From the IMG/VR virus record IMGVR_UViG_3300012983_000033, positions 1 to 64,000 of that record: 64,000 nucleotides of DNA; one strand, written 5' to 3'. The stretch is from a virus (lineage: Duplodnaviria; Caudoviricetes). Shown here piece after piece: positions 10,905-26,400 of this stretch. Position 1 is the first letter of the stretch, and every line of letters begins with the position of its first letter. The position numbers and the translations under genes are program-made. The notes beneath the pieces are model-generated. The model was given only the letters and a program-made list of their open reading frames with translations, was not told where the DNA came from and ran no database searches.

Positions 10905-13900
10905 TTATGCTATATAAATATCATAACCGCCACTTACGGCTTCATATTTTATAGAACTTTGTGTTTTTTCTGATTTTAATTTTAGGTCTGTCTCTATTAT
11001 TGTATCATTCTCATTTGTTTTAAATTTTGGTGTGTAGTTTCCTTCTGCATTCTTTATGTTTATATAAAAATAATCTTTATCACTACTAATCTTATATTTA
11101 TAATCTGACTCACCATTAAACTCAATACCCTAATCATCTATATATATTTTATCAGACCAATTTATAGATGTTGCTAATATAGAATTTTTGAACATGGATA
11201 ATACTGCTATTTCCATTTTTTCAGAATTCAGTGAGAATAAATTATCTGTGCTTTCGGCTAACGCAAAGCGTATAGCATTACCGCCACCATAAATAGATAA
11301 TCCATATTCATCTGTTCCTGTACCAGTAATTTTAGCAGTTTTTAATTCTGAGGCCTGTATGACAGATTCAGAAATAATAGTACCTTTAAAATAACCAGAG
11401 TTAGCAAAAAGATTACCATATTCATCAACTGCAAAATTATAAGTATATTTTGTATTTGTACCATCTTGTACATGAGTTCCGCCATAGAAAACAACTTTTC
11501 CAGATGTTATTTTCCATTCATCATTTATTGTACTATCAATTATGTTTGCTAATTCAACAGTATTTAATGTATCTATACCAGCAAAGCTAGATGTACCCTT
11601 AACTTCTAAAGCACCATTTAAATAAACATTATCTGCATAAAGTCCATAATTATTATTAGGTCGATCTTTAAAAATTGAAGCAATATGATTAGAAATACTA
11701 TCTGCATCATTTTCTGAAGGAATTTTACCTAAGAAAATTCTATTTTTTATATTCCACGAAAAACCTTCGGAAATTGTGCCGCTTGACCAAGTTTCAAAAA
11801 TACTTATACCATTTGAAGGAAAAATAATATTCTCATTAGAACTGTTAAAAACAATTCCAATATCTTTATTAGCAGAAGTATTTCTTCCAATATCTATAAT
11901 AGTTGAATTATTAAAATCTAAATCTAAAGTCTAATATTCACTTTCTCTCAACTAAACAAATATAACAGTTTTAGAATTAACAATCTATGAATTTATAGTT
12001 AAATAAAGATATTTATTCTAATTAGTGGCTTCAAGAAGAGAATTATTTTTATTTTTAGGAATAATTTTTATAATATTTCCATTTGTGTGTCCCATTTGAG
12101 AGTTTAATGTTAAAACTAAAAACTTATCTTCTGATAATAAAGCTGGTGTATTATTTGCTTGATTTATATATTTATTAGAAAACTCTGTCCAAGTTAAAAA
12201 TTCGTAACTTTCAACGATAGCCGTAGGTCTAACCAAGAAAGTGCCACCAATTGTTTGAATTTCTTGATACTCAAAAGTCGCCGCCTTAATTGAACCAGAA
12301 ACAACAACATTATTAAAACGAGCTTCTGTTGGAGTAATTCTCCATCCATTAGTAGAATTTAAAATATTAAATGATTTTGTTTGTATTCCACCATTTGCTA
12401 TTTCAAGATCACCAATTGTACCAGTAGTAGCGTTTATATGTCCCTCGATCCAAGCGTTCTTTGCATAAAGATTACCATTATCAAATATTGCAAAAGTTTC
12501 ATTTTGTTCGATTAATTGTGAAATCTAATTATCAGCAAACTATTCAAAACCAATATTGCCATTAGCTTTTACAGAAAACACCTTAGTTAAATAATCAACC
12601 GAACTATAGGTTTTTTGCGGTGTCTCGACTTTTACATAATTCTCTCCACGCTTATAAACATCAACAATACCAAGTGTAACCCTATCTTTTGGATAGATAA
12701 ATGAATTATTCCATTCTATATCACTTATCTAAATTGAAGTAATAATATCAAAATCCATATTATAATAAGTTTTTGTTTTAACACCATTAACTTCTTCATA
12801 CTTATAATAATATTCATTTGGTAACTCATTTTCATTAACAGTAATAACTTCTCCAGTATTCTTAACGTAAGTATAAACGCTCTAGTCAATACCATCACTA
12901 AAGTTAGAAATTCTTAATTTCTACTTTAAATAAAGTTCGCCATCATCATTAGTATCCATAACAACTTGTCCCAAAGCATTCTATAAGCGGAAGCCATAGT
13001 ATTCTTCTCCCTCATCATTTTCCATTTTACCAATGATAACTCTATCAACCCAATCTCTACGTTCTTCTGAATATTCAGACATTTTAAAATCTTGAGAAGT
13101 ACCAATAGTAACTCGGCCAGTACCATCTCCAGTATTTAAGAAGAAACCGTCCCAAGTAAGTCCAAACATTGCATTTGGATTATTAGTGATTTCAGAAAGT
13201 CGTTTTGGAGCAAAAGTATCTTTATAATTAAATTCGTTTACTTCTTCTCCTTTAATACCATAAAAACCAAACTAATCCATTCGTACAAAAGTGGAATGAT
13301 CGATCTTGCCTTCATTTGTTTTATAAGCTGAAATACCAACTTTATCCCAGAAGAAATTAGGACTATTATTAGCACCAATTAGGACATTATCAACATTAAG
13401 TTTACCAACTGAAAGAATGTCAGCGCTAAAACCATCGCCTGTAAGAGCAGTTTTATAAGTGCTGCCACCGTCTTTACTAATCAAAATTCCTCGACTTACA
13501 ATTTTAACCACATTTGCGCGGTCGCTCTCACTTACAACTGTAATTCCGTCGTGTCCCCAAGTAACTTTTTCATTATTTGAGTGAAGAAGGATTGATTCGC
13601 TACTCTCAATACTCTCTTTAAGAAACTCCTCTTTAATTGTACCATCATCATTTATTAATGAAGCAGCGCGTCCATACGAACCTTCATTAAATTGAAGAGT
13701 CTAAGATGTTGCAGCAATACGCTGGAATAAATCATCAAATTGAGTTGAATAGTTTTTAACTTTTGTTTGATTTTGAGAAGGATCGTTTAAGTTATAAATC
13801 TTCTCAGATACTACAACCATTTCCCAATAAGGAGTAATACCATCATCCTTATAACCAAAAAATTCAGTATCTTCAACATATGTTCTGTCGCCAAGTTCAC

Positions 13901-16900
13901 TTTCAAGAACCACGCGGTCTTCTTCATACTCATACGCGGCCGCAATATCTACGACACCAATATCATAGGTAATTTTTGGTTTGCTTGAAGTTCTTAAAAC
14001 AGCCAATGCGTCGAGATAATAAAGATTATCATCAATATAATTTTCATCGACCCAAGAACCTTCTTGAATAAATCGTGCATACTTGTGATAGAATAATCGA
14101 TTTAATTCATTTTTCTTTTCAACAATTATTTTTGAAAGAGTAAGTAAATCTTGAATTTGTCTTTCAAGGTCCTCTTTCTCAGGTTTTAATTTTGCAATAA
14201 GTTTTTCATTATTAATTGCTTCCTTCTGATAGATATCCATCTAATCAAGTAAAGTTCTTAAACCATCGTTATATTTTGGATAATCAATTTGTGTTGCGGT
14301 TTCTGGAACATTAAGAATGATTGTTATTTGATCATCGCCATCGATTGGATTATCTATTGTTTTCTGGAATGTTGAAGCCGGAGCTGAAGCTTGTACTCTA
14401 GTTTCATACTCTTGGCTTTGATTAAACTACCAAGGTGTGGTGAGAACCTCACCATAACTATCATAGTTTGAAGTTATTGTATAGGTAGTTTTTCTGATTT
14501 CTTCAAGTGCTGCCTCATACGCGAGCATTGCAGTATCATAATCTGCCTTAACCTTATCTAAACTAATTTGAAGCGAAGAAAGTTGTAAAGCAATATCGTC
14601 ATTCTTTCTATTTAAGTAGGAAAGTCTTCCATAGTAATTCAATCTTGTATTAACGCTTGTATATAAATCATTGATAAGTTCTGAATTATTTAAAAGTCTT
14701 TGTTGTACATAATAAGAGAAATCAATTAAAAAGTTTTCTTTTAATGTGTTTTCTGGTGCGCGTTGAATTGTACAGAAACCATCTGTTGCGTGTTCATTTT
14801 TGTTGGGTTTAACAATAACACGAGTTGAAATCTGATTTGAATCAATGGTTCTTTTAATGTGTTTAAGATTAACACCATACTTGAAACCATTCCAGTTTTC
14901 TGCGCCAACATAACGCTTAAATCTAATCTTCTTATCAGGAACAATCATATAATGCTTAATCGGATTTGAATCAAGTCTATTTCTTAAAGCAATTAAACGA
15001 TTTAACTCTTTAATTTCATATTCTTGCTCAATTTCACACTCTTCATCGTCTACCCATACATATTCATTAACATTAGCCTCGTTTGAAATGCGCCCGCCAA
15101 ACTTTTTGATAAGTCGCTCAATCTTATCATCAACTTTGGCTTTTTTGTGTTCTTCGCCTACATAGATTTGCGGCTCTCCATCATCTGCTTCCTCGTCTAT
15201 ATAAACTATTTTTTCAACGTATTCTACACGGCCGCGCTCGTCGTGAGCAATTATTGGCTCAAGCCAGCAATCAAACGAGTCGCAAGTGTCTTGAAGTAGT
15301 TTGAAGTAGTTTGACTCTTTACCCTTTATACTACGAATTTTCTGACAGAGCGGATCATAAGCAATCTCATAGTCTTCATATGGATTTGTACCAACATAGT
15401 CATAAACAACATCTGTTAAATCAGTAATTGTTTCTGGGTCATAGATGTAATAATTTGACCTTTTGAGTTCTGTCGCATCGGGTGGCTGACCGGGGAACAA
15501 TGGAATAATTTCCGTACTTTCTAATTCGCGAAGTTCGATTGAATAGACAGTATTTTCTCCTTCCTCTTGACTTTTAATAAATATTGAGATATTATATCTT
15601 TTAAGGAAGTTTTCCAATAAAAGTTTCTTATGCTCATTATTTGTATTTAAAAGTTTAAGAGCAACTTCTTGTGTTGTATTGTCCCCAACGCTTTCCAAAA
15701 ATGGATCGTAAGCGAATAACTTTGTATAAATCTATTTGATTAATTCTGCATATTCAACACCAAAAGCATCAAGGATTTCTTGTTCTTTAGTCTTATTCAA
15801 AATGTTAGAATATTTCTCTTTCCATTCATCAAGTGAAGAATATCCAACATCCGAAAGAAGAGTTTCAAGTTTATATTCCATAGTGCCATTTGGGACAACT
15901 AATGGCTTAATCTCTTTTTTCTTTAGAGTTCTTTCATAAGGTATATGCTTAAATAACTGCATACCTAAGAACGGATATTTTGTCATTTCTGGATTGATGA
16001 TATTATCATCATCATCTTTTTTGATTGTCTTTTCAAAAAACATACCAAATTTTTGGAATGGATCTTTTGTTAAAGATAAACCATTATTAACTTTTGCAAT
16101 CCAGTAAACCCATTTTTCTTTTACAGTTCTTTCATCAATGGTATCTTCCGTAACAACGAAACTCATTTCGCCAGAGGGTTGTTGTGATAAATCAAAAGTT
16201 AAGTATTTTTGTCTATTGATTTCAGTTGGTATATCTGTGATAGCAAAGGTCTCTGCTTTATAATCATAATCATCGATCAAAGATACTCTTAAATCACGAT
16301 AATCAAGTTTACCAACAAAACCATATTTATCTCGATATTCTGAAAATGGCATATAGATATCATCTTGATATACATAAGCATCTTCTTTTGAATTAACTCT
16401 CATACGAGTAAAGCGTTCTTTTCTTCCAAAGATGCGCTCATCATATACAATCATTATATCATTATATGGTAAATAGAAATCTGGTAAATAATATTCAAAT
16501 ATTGGTTCTTCATTTTCTTTTTCGCCAACCTTAAGGGCTATTAAACCAAGTGTCTCATCATAATGGGTATCGCTGGTTTTACCAAGCCACCAATCACCTT
16601 CATCAAATTCTGATTCACTAGCAACTTCAATTTCTTTGAAGCAGTCAATCCATTTACCAAAGTGTCCATCCCACAAACGAATTTCGCCATCACCAGTTTT
16701 ATAATGACGTAGATAGTCTTCACCATTCGGAGATTCTACCCAATATGCCTTGTTTTTCTTATCTTGGAGCTACATTACATATTTTGTTGCGCCATAGTCT
16801 TCTTCTTTTGCTTGACGATATGTTACTATTGGCTCGGATAGATAGAAGGATGGTGTGACACCAATTTTACCAGTAACTGCTCCACTCGCAATTTCCATTT

Positions 16901-19900
16901 CATGTTCTTTATTAAAATTTTCGGCTTCCGTATTATAGTCAATAGCTTCCTAATGAGTCATAATACGATAATCGGCAGAAATGCAATCTTGAACATTATT
17001 ATATGGTTTATAAGTAACAACACCATTTACATTACGATATACACAAATCTTTGGTTTAAATGAATATCTATCTACACCCCAGTGTCTCCAGTTATACCAT
17101 TTAAACTTTGTATAAGTTTCTGCAACGATTGGATTTTCAGCAGTCCCTTCTTCAGCAATCATTGCGGGTTCGTTAGTATTTATCTCAATTAATTTATCTC
17201 TATTTTGAGAAACTTCTGCTGGATTTTCTATATCATCAATGGCAGGCGCGGCAATTGAAACATAATCATCGCCTTGTTTTACAGTGTAAACTGTAATACT
17301 TGTGCGATCTTCGTCGTAGTAGTCGTTATCGCCTTTACCAATATTACTTGCCTTTAAACCATATCTAATTGATGTATCGACTCCAGAGAAAAAGTCTTTT
17401 ACCTAATCAATAAAACTCCTAATCTTACCATCTATTCTCGAAAGAATTGGATAAGACTGTCCATTTACCTTAAAACCATCGTTTTGTACCGAAACTTTTG
17501 TATTACCAATCGTATCTCTATAATCATCATACTCAACTGCTTGAGTTTCTCGAGTTTTATTCTTTTCCCAAAAAGCCTTTTTGATTTCTTTTGTTTTAAT
17601 ATATTTACCATCAGGATCTAGTATGTAAAGGTCTGTCTGATAGCCAACAGGATAAGTAATCGGATACTAAACATCCTTACCATCATAATGACCTGTTTCA
17701 ATAACGTGAGTCTCCCTGTCCAAATAAACATAGCCCTCATTTGGATCTTCACGAAGCCTAACCATACGATAGCGAGTTGGAGTTTCTTCCCAACTACCAA
17801 TATGTCCATCAAACCACTTCATTGGGTGATGAGTAATATCACCATACACACCAAGCTCATCATCGCTTTTGAATGTTACTGGATCTTTTTTTACATCAGA
17901 GCGCCAATTTCTAAAAGGACGATATACGCCTTGAAATGGATCAAAAATAAAATCGCCATCGTCATCTTTAACTGGTTTATAGGTTGCATTCAACAAATCT
18001 TTTTCAAAGTCGAATAAACGAATTTGTTTTGTATTTCTATCAAATACATAACCACCCGGATCCTCAGGGCTTTCGTTAGTATATGGGTTATATCTTGTTT
18101 TTATCGCAACATATTTAGCATTAGCTGAGAAAGTTGTGAATTTTTCTTTTCGCCAATTTAAATCTGTATCTTGTATCCAAATTTCTTCACGAGCCTCAGT
18201 TTGTGTTGGTATCTTATTACCATTTCCATCAACTTTGTAATAAGTGTAGTCATCTTCATTTTCCTTAACTCCACCAACTTCTGTGGAAAATTCTGTTTCG
18301 AGATCAAATACTCTATCATTGTAAACAAAAGTACCAACAATATGCTTGTCTCTCCAATTCTTCATAAAGAATTGAGCAAAAATTAAATAGTAATAAGAAT
18401 GTTTGGTGCCTTGTAGATATTCTTCAATCCACCCGATAAGCTCTGCATTGTACTGCGCATTATATTCAGCTCCACCGACTTCACCAACTGGAAAGCGTAC
18501 TTTAAGGGTGTTTTCCTTTTCAAGTAAGAAATTACCGAATGCCTCATAGTCGATACTCTCTGGTTTTGTGAATAATTCATTTCCATCTTCAAGTTTTTTT
18601 ACTATCTCTTGAGCCTCTTTTGTAGCGTTTGTATTTTTGTACACCGGCCATTCCTTTCCATCACCATCTGTTTCTGTTTTACCAGTATCAATATAATTAT
18701 CGCCGGTTTGCCAGTTCTAAAGATATCTTTGATAGATTGATCCACCTTGTGGATTAAAAGTATCGGGAGTTTCATATTGCTGTGAATAGTTAAGAGCTTC
18801 ATAATCAGTAGGATTTGATTTTAATAATTCATCATATGCTGCGCTAACTATACCAACAATTTTTTGTTGAACTTCTATGAATTTTGCTGTCTACTCTTCC
18901 TCTGTTAGACCCTCATAGGAAAGCAATTCCGTGTTCCATTCCAGTATTGTGCCTGTGTTTTTAGTAAAGGCATCTCTTAGGGCATAATATAAAGTACCAA
19001 AAAAAGCTTCATTTAAAGAGCGAGCAAAAATAACCAAATCTTGTGTGAGGTCATCAAATTCTGGATATTGAGCATCATCATAACCCATTGGTTCCCATTT
19101 ATATTTTTTACCATTGGCATCTGCAATAAGTAAAACTGCAAAAGCCATAGCAGGATATAGTCCATAAAAGTAGCCATATTCATTAGCATATCTTGGATTT
19201 TCTTCTGACCAACCTTCTGGTCTATCAATAAAAGCTTCGTATAAAGCACGAGCAACAGAAATATCTTTTGGTTTATTAGTACAATAATCTATTAATCGCG
19301 CCGCGAGAGAAGTGCAGAAATACCATTGTGTATTGTTACTAGTATTATTTGGCGGGTTATAAGTGAAAGTTTTTTGATCTGTTAAGTGCTCCCTAAACTC
19401 TCTTTTAAACTCTTTACCACCAGCTCGCCAATTATCTGTTGCTTCTGTTGAGGCATTATTTAGAATATCATTATATTTTTCTTTATATTCTTTAGTTCTT
19501 GCTTCGATAAACTTTTGATAAGTTTCGTCATATTTCTCTTTATAAACAAGATTCATCAAATAATACTTATATGGATTTTGTTCCATAACTTTATCTGTTG
19601 CCTCAAGTGCGTCGGCGCCAGCGTCTGCAGCAAATTTATCATCTTCATATATATTAGAAAATTTATAAAATTCAGTTGGTGTTTTAGCACCATAATAAAT
19701 CTCAGTATATTCTTCTACTGTTTCACCATTAACTTCTTTTAAAGTGCAATAATGTGGCTCATTTTCTGTTGTGCCATCTTCATTCTCAATATATTTACCA
19801 AGAGAAACAGCAAACATATATTCTTCATTTGGAGTTAAAGATTCAATAACTGAGCGGTTCGCGGCGATACCAGTATTAATAGCATAGCGCGAGCGAACTG

Positions 19901-21626
19901 AATAACGGAGACTAAGAAGATATTCATTTATCATATCCTCAATTTCATCATCAGTTTTATCAAGATAACCGTCTACGCCATTCTTTCTATTTTCGTAGAA
20001 AGCAGCACGAATATTATCTTCTATAACATCTCCTTTAGCAGAAGCCACTTCTACAAATTCTACAGGAACTTGCTCACCATCTCTTGTCTCGAATTTATTG
20101 CAATAAAATTCACCTTGAGTGTCTGGATAGTGTTCTGCGCCGCCCTCATTTTTCAGCTATAAAACAAGAACACTTTCTTGTTCTGGTTTGTTTTCAGAAA
20201 CCAGTGTGGTGTCCATAGTATATAATTGTCCACTATAACCTGCGGTCTTTTCTATACCTTTTGTTCTTGTTGTTTTTGCAGGAATTCCTTCAAAAACCCA
20301 TCCACTATCAAGACTTATAAAATTATCAGAGTTTGCTAAGTAATTTTGCGCGAGTTCTGATGAAAGAATATCAATCTTGCAATATCCATAATATTCTTTG
20401 TCTGTATCGGCTAATCCATTTGCATCTTTCTTGTAGAACTTGAAAATAAACTTATCCAAGTCAGGGTCGTAACCAGAAAGTTGACTTTTGATCACTTTTT
20501 CGCCGCGCGCGAAGTCGTAAACAGATAATTGATTTTCAATAATATTAGGAATACTTGTAATAGTTTCAGCACTTGCATATAACACAGTTTCTTCGATTAT
20601 ATAGTTACAAGCATTAATAATAATATCTTCGTTAGCATCTTTCTCGTAAAATTCTGGTGCTTCGATTGGGTCTTTATAATCCAAGGTGCCATCTTCTTTT
20701 TGTTCAAAGCGACAAAGCACTTGTGGATTCTTTTTGTTATCAGCAACATCAGAATAGAAGAATAAAACACTAGCGCCGCCTGAAAGAGTTGCGGTTTCTG
20801 GTTGATCGGACGTATCAAGCAAGTCTTTAGGTGCGTATCTGTTGACTAGCTTGATTGGTACATCTTTGTTTAAAATACCAACAAAAAGTGGCTCGATTTT
20901 TGTCTCAACAAGAATATCTGAGTGGTCTTTGTCAACTGTCCAATCTGTATCGAGTAAAATTGTTTCTGCAAGTTGTGTTACAGTGCCTTGATTGTTTTCG
21001 AGTTCTGCATCAAGTTCAACTTTAAAACCGTTCTTGTTTAACTCATTTACATAGATATCTTTGCAAGTGTAATTGAACATAAAATTTGTTGAATCTTCTA
21101 TACAACTCTTAACAACTAAATCATACCACTTACCGCGAAAGTTTAGTTTTACTTTTGCCTCGTTTGTGAGTAGTTGGGTAAAAGGATTAATGTTGTAATC
21201 AAGAAGATCTGGATCATATGGTTTATAATATAAACCAAAAGTTAAATCAACGCTTCCATTTACGTTCTTTTTGAGGATTGGATTAACCGCCGCGTAAACT
21301 GAATCCATATCGTGCGCGCCGATAATAATTCCTTGAACCTCTTCATAGTGTTCCATTATCACTTTTTCATACTTATAATCAGGTCTAGATATTTTTGTAT
21401 TCCATTCTGCCGCAGTGATTGTTTCAACATTATGATCGTAAGCATAATAATATTTATCTGGATTTTCTTGTGATTGCGTCCAATTTTCTTTATAATCTTG
21501 ACTTTGATACTCCTCTTCTGTTAAGTGTCCACCAGTAAAGTCTGCGTTTTCGTAGTAGATTGACTTAGAAGGCACTAACTCCTCTTCCCATACTGATATT
21601 GAGTATGGTTCTTTTATATTGCTCAT
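10905..21626 (-). CDS. Giant tail-tip (Tal-like) or minor structural protein, ~3573 aa (many TAG)
   Basis: Ten track fragments share one frame and all ten end in TAG; TAA at 10905; lies directly after Dit. Confidence 0.82.
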
Positions 21627-21638
21627 TTTATCACCTCG

Positions 21639-23279
21639 TTATACATAGTAATAATGTTTATAAGATATTTTATTATTGGTTTGGCTATATGGAAGCATGG
21701 AAAAATTACTTATTAATAACAAATACTCGTTTTCTTGACAAGCAGGAAGTTTAAAAAAATCTCCGTTTTTAATATTATTATTAAAAACTCGCTCTACTCC
21801 ATTTTCTTCAATTTTTTTTAGCATTTTTAATTTTGTATCAATTATAAAATCAAGAGAAGTAGTAGATAATGGTCGAGTAAAAAGAATTTCTCCTAAAAAA
21901 ATCTTCTCTTCATCATTTGAATTTTTAACTATTTTGTAAAGCTACAATAAACAATCTTTGTCTTCATTTGTAACTACAGTATTATTGCATTTTAAAAGCA
22001 TGTTAGTTTCTATATCTCCAGGATTGTGTAGCTCAACATAATGTCCGGTTGGAATATTATATTTATTTGAAAACTCATTCTATTTTGATTGAGAAAAACC
22101 ATCTCTAAAATCAAAAGAATATTTTAATCCACTCGCTTCTTTCCATTCTTTAAAGTTATAATTATTTTGAAGAGAAGCAACAAAATTCTTTGGAATAATT
22201 ATAGATACTGGAAAATATTTGTGATGTTTTGTCCCCCAGTAAACAGTTCCGTGTATCTAAAATATAGTATAAGTAGGTGCAGGTTCACATAGAAAACCCT
22301 CATATGCTAATTCAGTGCACTCGCGATCTCTATATATTTTAGTATTAAGTAACTCTAAAATATTCTTCTACTCTTTTAATTTATATTCTTCTTCAGATAA
22401 AAAAACTTTTTTTATGTAAAATTTTGTATCATTTTCTATTTCTTCCCAATCGCTATCAATCTATCCTTCTTTATCTTTAAAAATTTTTAATTTTCGAATT
22501 GAGCACTCTGTGATAGAATCATCAATCTCTACTTCATTATATGTATAAAAAAAGATTTTATCATCTTCAATATATAAATATTTTTTACTATCTTCATGAT
22601 AAAGCCATTTATTAGTATTATCAAAATATAAGAAGTTGCCAGTGCCTTTTTCCTAATCTGTTAATTTTCTTAGTGGAAACTTATCTTCTATTATGAATTC
22701 TCTTTTCTTTGTAGCTTTACTCCAAATCCAATATTCTTCATATATTGATTTGTTTTCGGACATCTTTTTTATAATTTTATGTCCCTCTTTTACATAAACA
22801 TAAGGAACAATTTCATCCAAATAAGTAACTCTACTCTATGCATAAGGATTTCTACACTTAAAAACAAGCGTTCCCTCACCCTTATAAATTCTCTTTTCCT
22901 TTCCATTATGACTTTCATCAAAACAAACCCATTTAAAATCCTAAACATTAGCCGACTTAACAATCCATTCTTTATAAGGACTTTCATCAAACCATAAGCT
23001 CTTCGGTTTCTTATCCGCCAAAAGCTATGTTAATCTTCTAAAACTCTCTTCCGTCATGTTATCAAATGCCACTGGCACTTTGATTTCCTTAGCCTTATAA
23101 TTCGTACCAAATAAAACCTCGCCATCGCGACCAGCTACTTGCCCAACTTTATCTTCTAAAGGAGGAAGCAGGTCCGTATTGTACCTGCTTCCATCACTTA
23201 CTCTTACAAGACCAAGTTCGGAAGAGTGAACGTCGCCAAAAGTAAAGCCTATATAGTCTCCTTTTATGCTTCTTTCCAT
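21639..23279 (-). CDS. Distal tail protein (Dit)-like, 546 aa (multiple TAG)
   Basis: GFTFGDVHSSELG N-terminus; read-through of TAG 23025 gives LWFDESPYK; in frame with 21639-21824; lies after the tape measure. Confidence 0.75.
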
Positions 23280-23392
23280 ATTTCACTTTCCTCCTTTGTC
23301 ACCTATATTTTTTGTATAGTTAATATACATTTTACTCATATTAAAAGTAGTATTTATATGATTTACCTCTATAAAATTATTATCAAATAGAG

Positions 23393-23422
23393 TTTAAGGA
23401 GTGAATTTCTTCACTCCTTAAA
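23393..23422 (-). terminator. Hairpin after tape measure gene
   Basis: TTTAAGGAGTGAA-TTTC-TTCACTCCTTAAA. Confidence 0.6.
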
Positions 23423-23425
23423 TTG

Positions 23426-26400
23426 TTATCGACTTCTTTGTAAACTGTTTATCGGAGAAGTAAACATTCCTTTAATAGCATTTGAAACCTTATCAACCAT
23501 ATCATCAAGACTAATACTTTCACCAACAGTTCCAATTGTAAACGTATTGTTAATATTAGTATCTCCATAGCTTTGGTTTCCACCTGTGTTAAAGGCAAGA
23601 TTTTTTGCACTATTTGAATTTTTACTAAATGCTTTTGCGAACCATTCTGCGGCGTCGTCTCCAGCTTTCTTTAAGCCAGCAAAGAATGTCGATTGAACTT
23701 GTTCTGCTTTATAGCCTTCAAAATTATAATTTGCCCATTCTTCATTACCAAAGAGTTTTCCAAAAGCGTTTTTAAAAGCTTCGTCTATGCGACCAATACC
23801 ATTAACAATACCAAGATCGCTATTAACAAAATACTTCTTAAACATAATTTCCATACTATAGAGCACTCCCCATACTCCTTCTGGAATTTCTTGTTCGGGA
23901 TAAGCATAGTTTGGATCGTCTGCACCTGGATCGTCAAGCGCCCAACGATTTTTCCAATTTCCATCTACACCATTTACGCCAACAAATGCGCCATAATACT
24001 TACCAAGAAGTTTCAGTTCTTCTGAATCAAGCACTGCGCTCCATGTTGACATTCCTATTCTATCAGAGAAAGTACCAAGCATTTTCGCAAGTTCACTATT
24101 CTCACGAATATTACCATCTATATCAAAGTTTTCTGGTTTTAGTATTGCATTACCGTTTTCATCGAAGGTATAAAGCATACCATAGATTGTATCCCAATAT
24201 AAACCATATTTTTGATTCCATTCAAGCTGTGCTTGAAGAAGTTCGATTTGTTGTTGACGCTGTTCTGCGGCCTTGTCATTTTGTTCTTGAAGTTCAGAGA
24301 TTTTTTGGTCAATAAGAGTATCAGTATAATCTTCATGACCTTCTTCAAGTTCTTCTTCGAGTTTCTTGATTTCCATCATGTTGGCGCCAGAAGTATCTTG
24401 ACGAAGGTATGCAAGTCTACGCTCTTTCTCACCAAGTTCTTCTTCTTTCTTCTCGTTTTCACGATCTTGACGTATTTTTTCAAGATTGTTTTGAAGAGTA
24501 GAAATAAGTTTTGAATTTGCATCAGTAATTGCCTCATTAAGGCGAGTTAGTTCATCAATTTGTTCTTGTTCTTTTTGAATTAAGGCTTCAAGAACTTTTT
24601 CTTCAAATTGTGTAGCTTCTTCTGCGCCTGCCTTCACAAGCTCGAGACGTTGGTCTTCAATGTCAAGAATTGCCTGCTCGGCCGCGAGACGGTCTTCATA
24701 AGAATTCTGAACGCGCTCATCATAATCTTCGTAAAGTTGATTGAGCTATGAGAAAAATGCACCAGTTCCAAAAGGAGCAAATGCTTCACCAAGACCAATA
24801 ATAACATCCCATAAGAATTTAACTTCACGGTTTTCGTAGAGTGTATCAGATGTTGGATCCCAACCGCTTATAAGTTGGAATGGATTCCAACGAGAACGAT
24901 TAAGTTCATCTTGACGAGTTTCAAGACGTTCTTGTTGTTCTTCAAGTTGAGTTTGTAATGATTTCCATTGTTCATTCCAGTTACGTTTGATATCTTCGAC
25001 GGACGCTGTACGACCTTTTTGGAATTGATTATCTTCGCGTTGAAGTTTTTCGTATTCTTGAAGATGTTTTTCGATTATTTTAAGGAAGTTATAGAGATAA
25101 TCTTCACGATTTGTCCATGCGTCGATTATTACTTGGGTTGCTTGAGTGATATAACCAACGAGCTCTTCGATTTTTGAAGAAACTTGTTCAAACATTCCCT
25201 TTGCACCATTAAATAGTTCAAGACCGGTGCCTAACATATCAAAATTAAGGAAGCCACCAGCACTTTCAAGTATACTACCTAATGCGCCAGCACCAAAACT
25301 AGTTAATTCACCAACAGATAATCCATCACCATATCCTAGCTCAGAAACTGGCACTCCTAGACCAGATTTTTCTAAGAAGCTTACAATTTTTTCGTTGCCA
25401 AGAATTGCTTGCCACTATTCATCACTCATTTTTGGAATGATTGTTTTATTTAGAATCTCTTTAGCAAATTCGCTGTCTTCTAATTTGTCTGCTAAATTAT
25501 TTAAGGCGTCATCTAAAGCTTCAAAACCAGTTTCAATTTTTAGATAATCATCATCAAAATCACTATCTTGCACTTCGTTTGCAAAAGCTTTTAAGGCTTT
25601 TCCGGCACTAGTCATACCTTTAGTAATAATTCCACCAGATAATTCATCAGAAACTTCTTTCCATTTTTTAGCAAAATCCTACATCTAATTGAATTCATCT
25701 AGAATAACCTTACGAGTATCCTCATGTAATCCTGGATCTGAAATTGCTTCTTCATCTAGTTTAAAACTTTGTGTTATTGGATCCCAATCATAATATTTCC
25801 CTTCACCAGTTCCTGCAAATTCACTATCATTATATTTTGCACGCATCTGTTCTTCTAAATCTGCCTTTAATCCCTGATTAATTCCTACTTCCTACGCTTC
25901 ATATACTAAATCCATGCCCAGTAATCCAAGATTAAGTGGTCCTTGAACTTCTTCAGGAAGTTTGCCGACTAATTCTTTATATTTTTCATTTTCATTGCGT
26001 TGACGATCGAGATGCTCTAAATCGGTTCTAGCATTTGTTTCGCCGGCATATCCACGATAATACTATTCTTCATCACGAATATCTTTGAATTCAAGATCTT
26101 TCATCTTATCTTCAATTTCATTCATTTCATCATTAATCTTTTTAACTTCCTCGTATTCTTGTTCAACTTCTTTCTATAAATCTTCGGCTAATTCATTAAC
26201 TTTTTCCTCATCAAGTAGAATTGTATCTAAGACATCATCATAATGGAAGAAAGCTTTTTCAGCGTTATTTTCAAGCTCATACTCAAGATTGTGCTATAAT
26301 ATCGCATATTTTGCAGCGAGTGCGGCATCATTTGTTTCCTAATATTCTACTGCATTCATTTCTCGATTTTCATAACTTCTTTCTGTAGCCTCTATAACAG

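Noticed and set aside
22790-22990. Track ORF as part of Dit
   Set aside because: Out of frame with the TAG-read-through Dit frame
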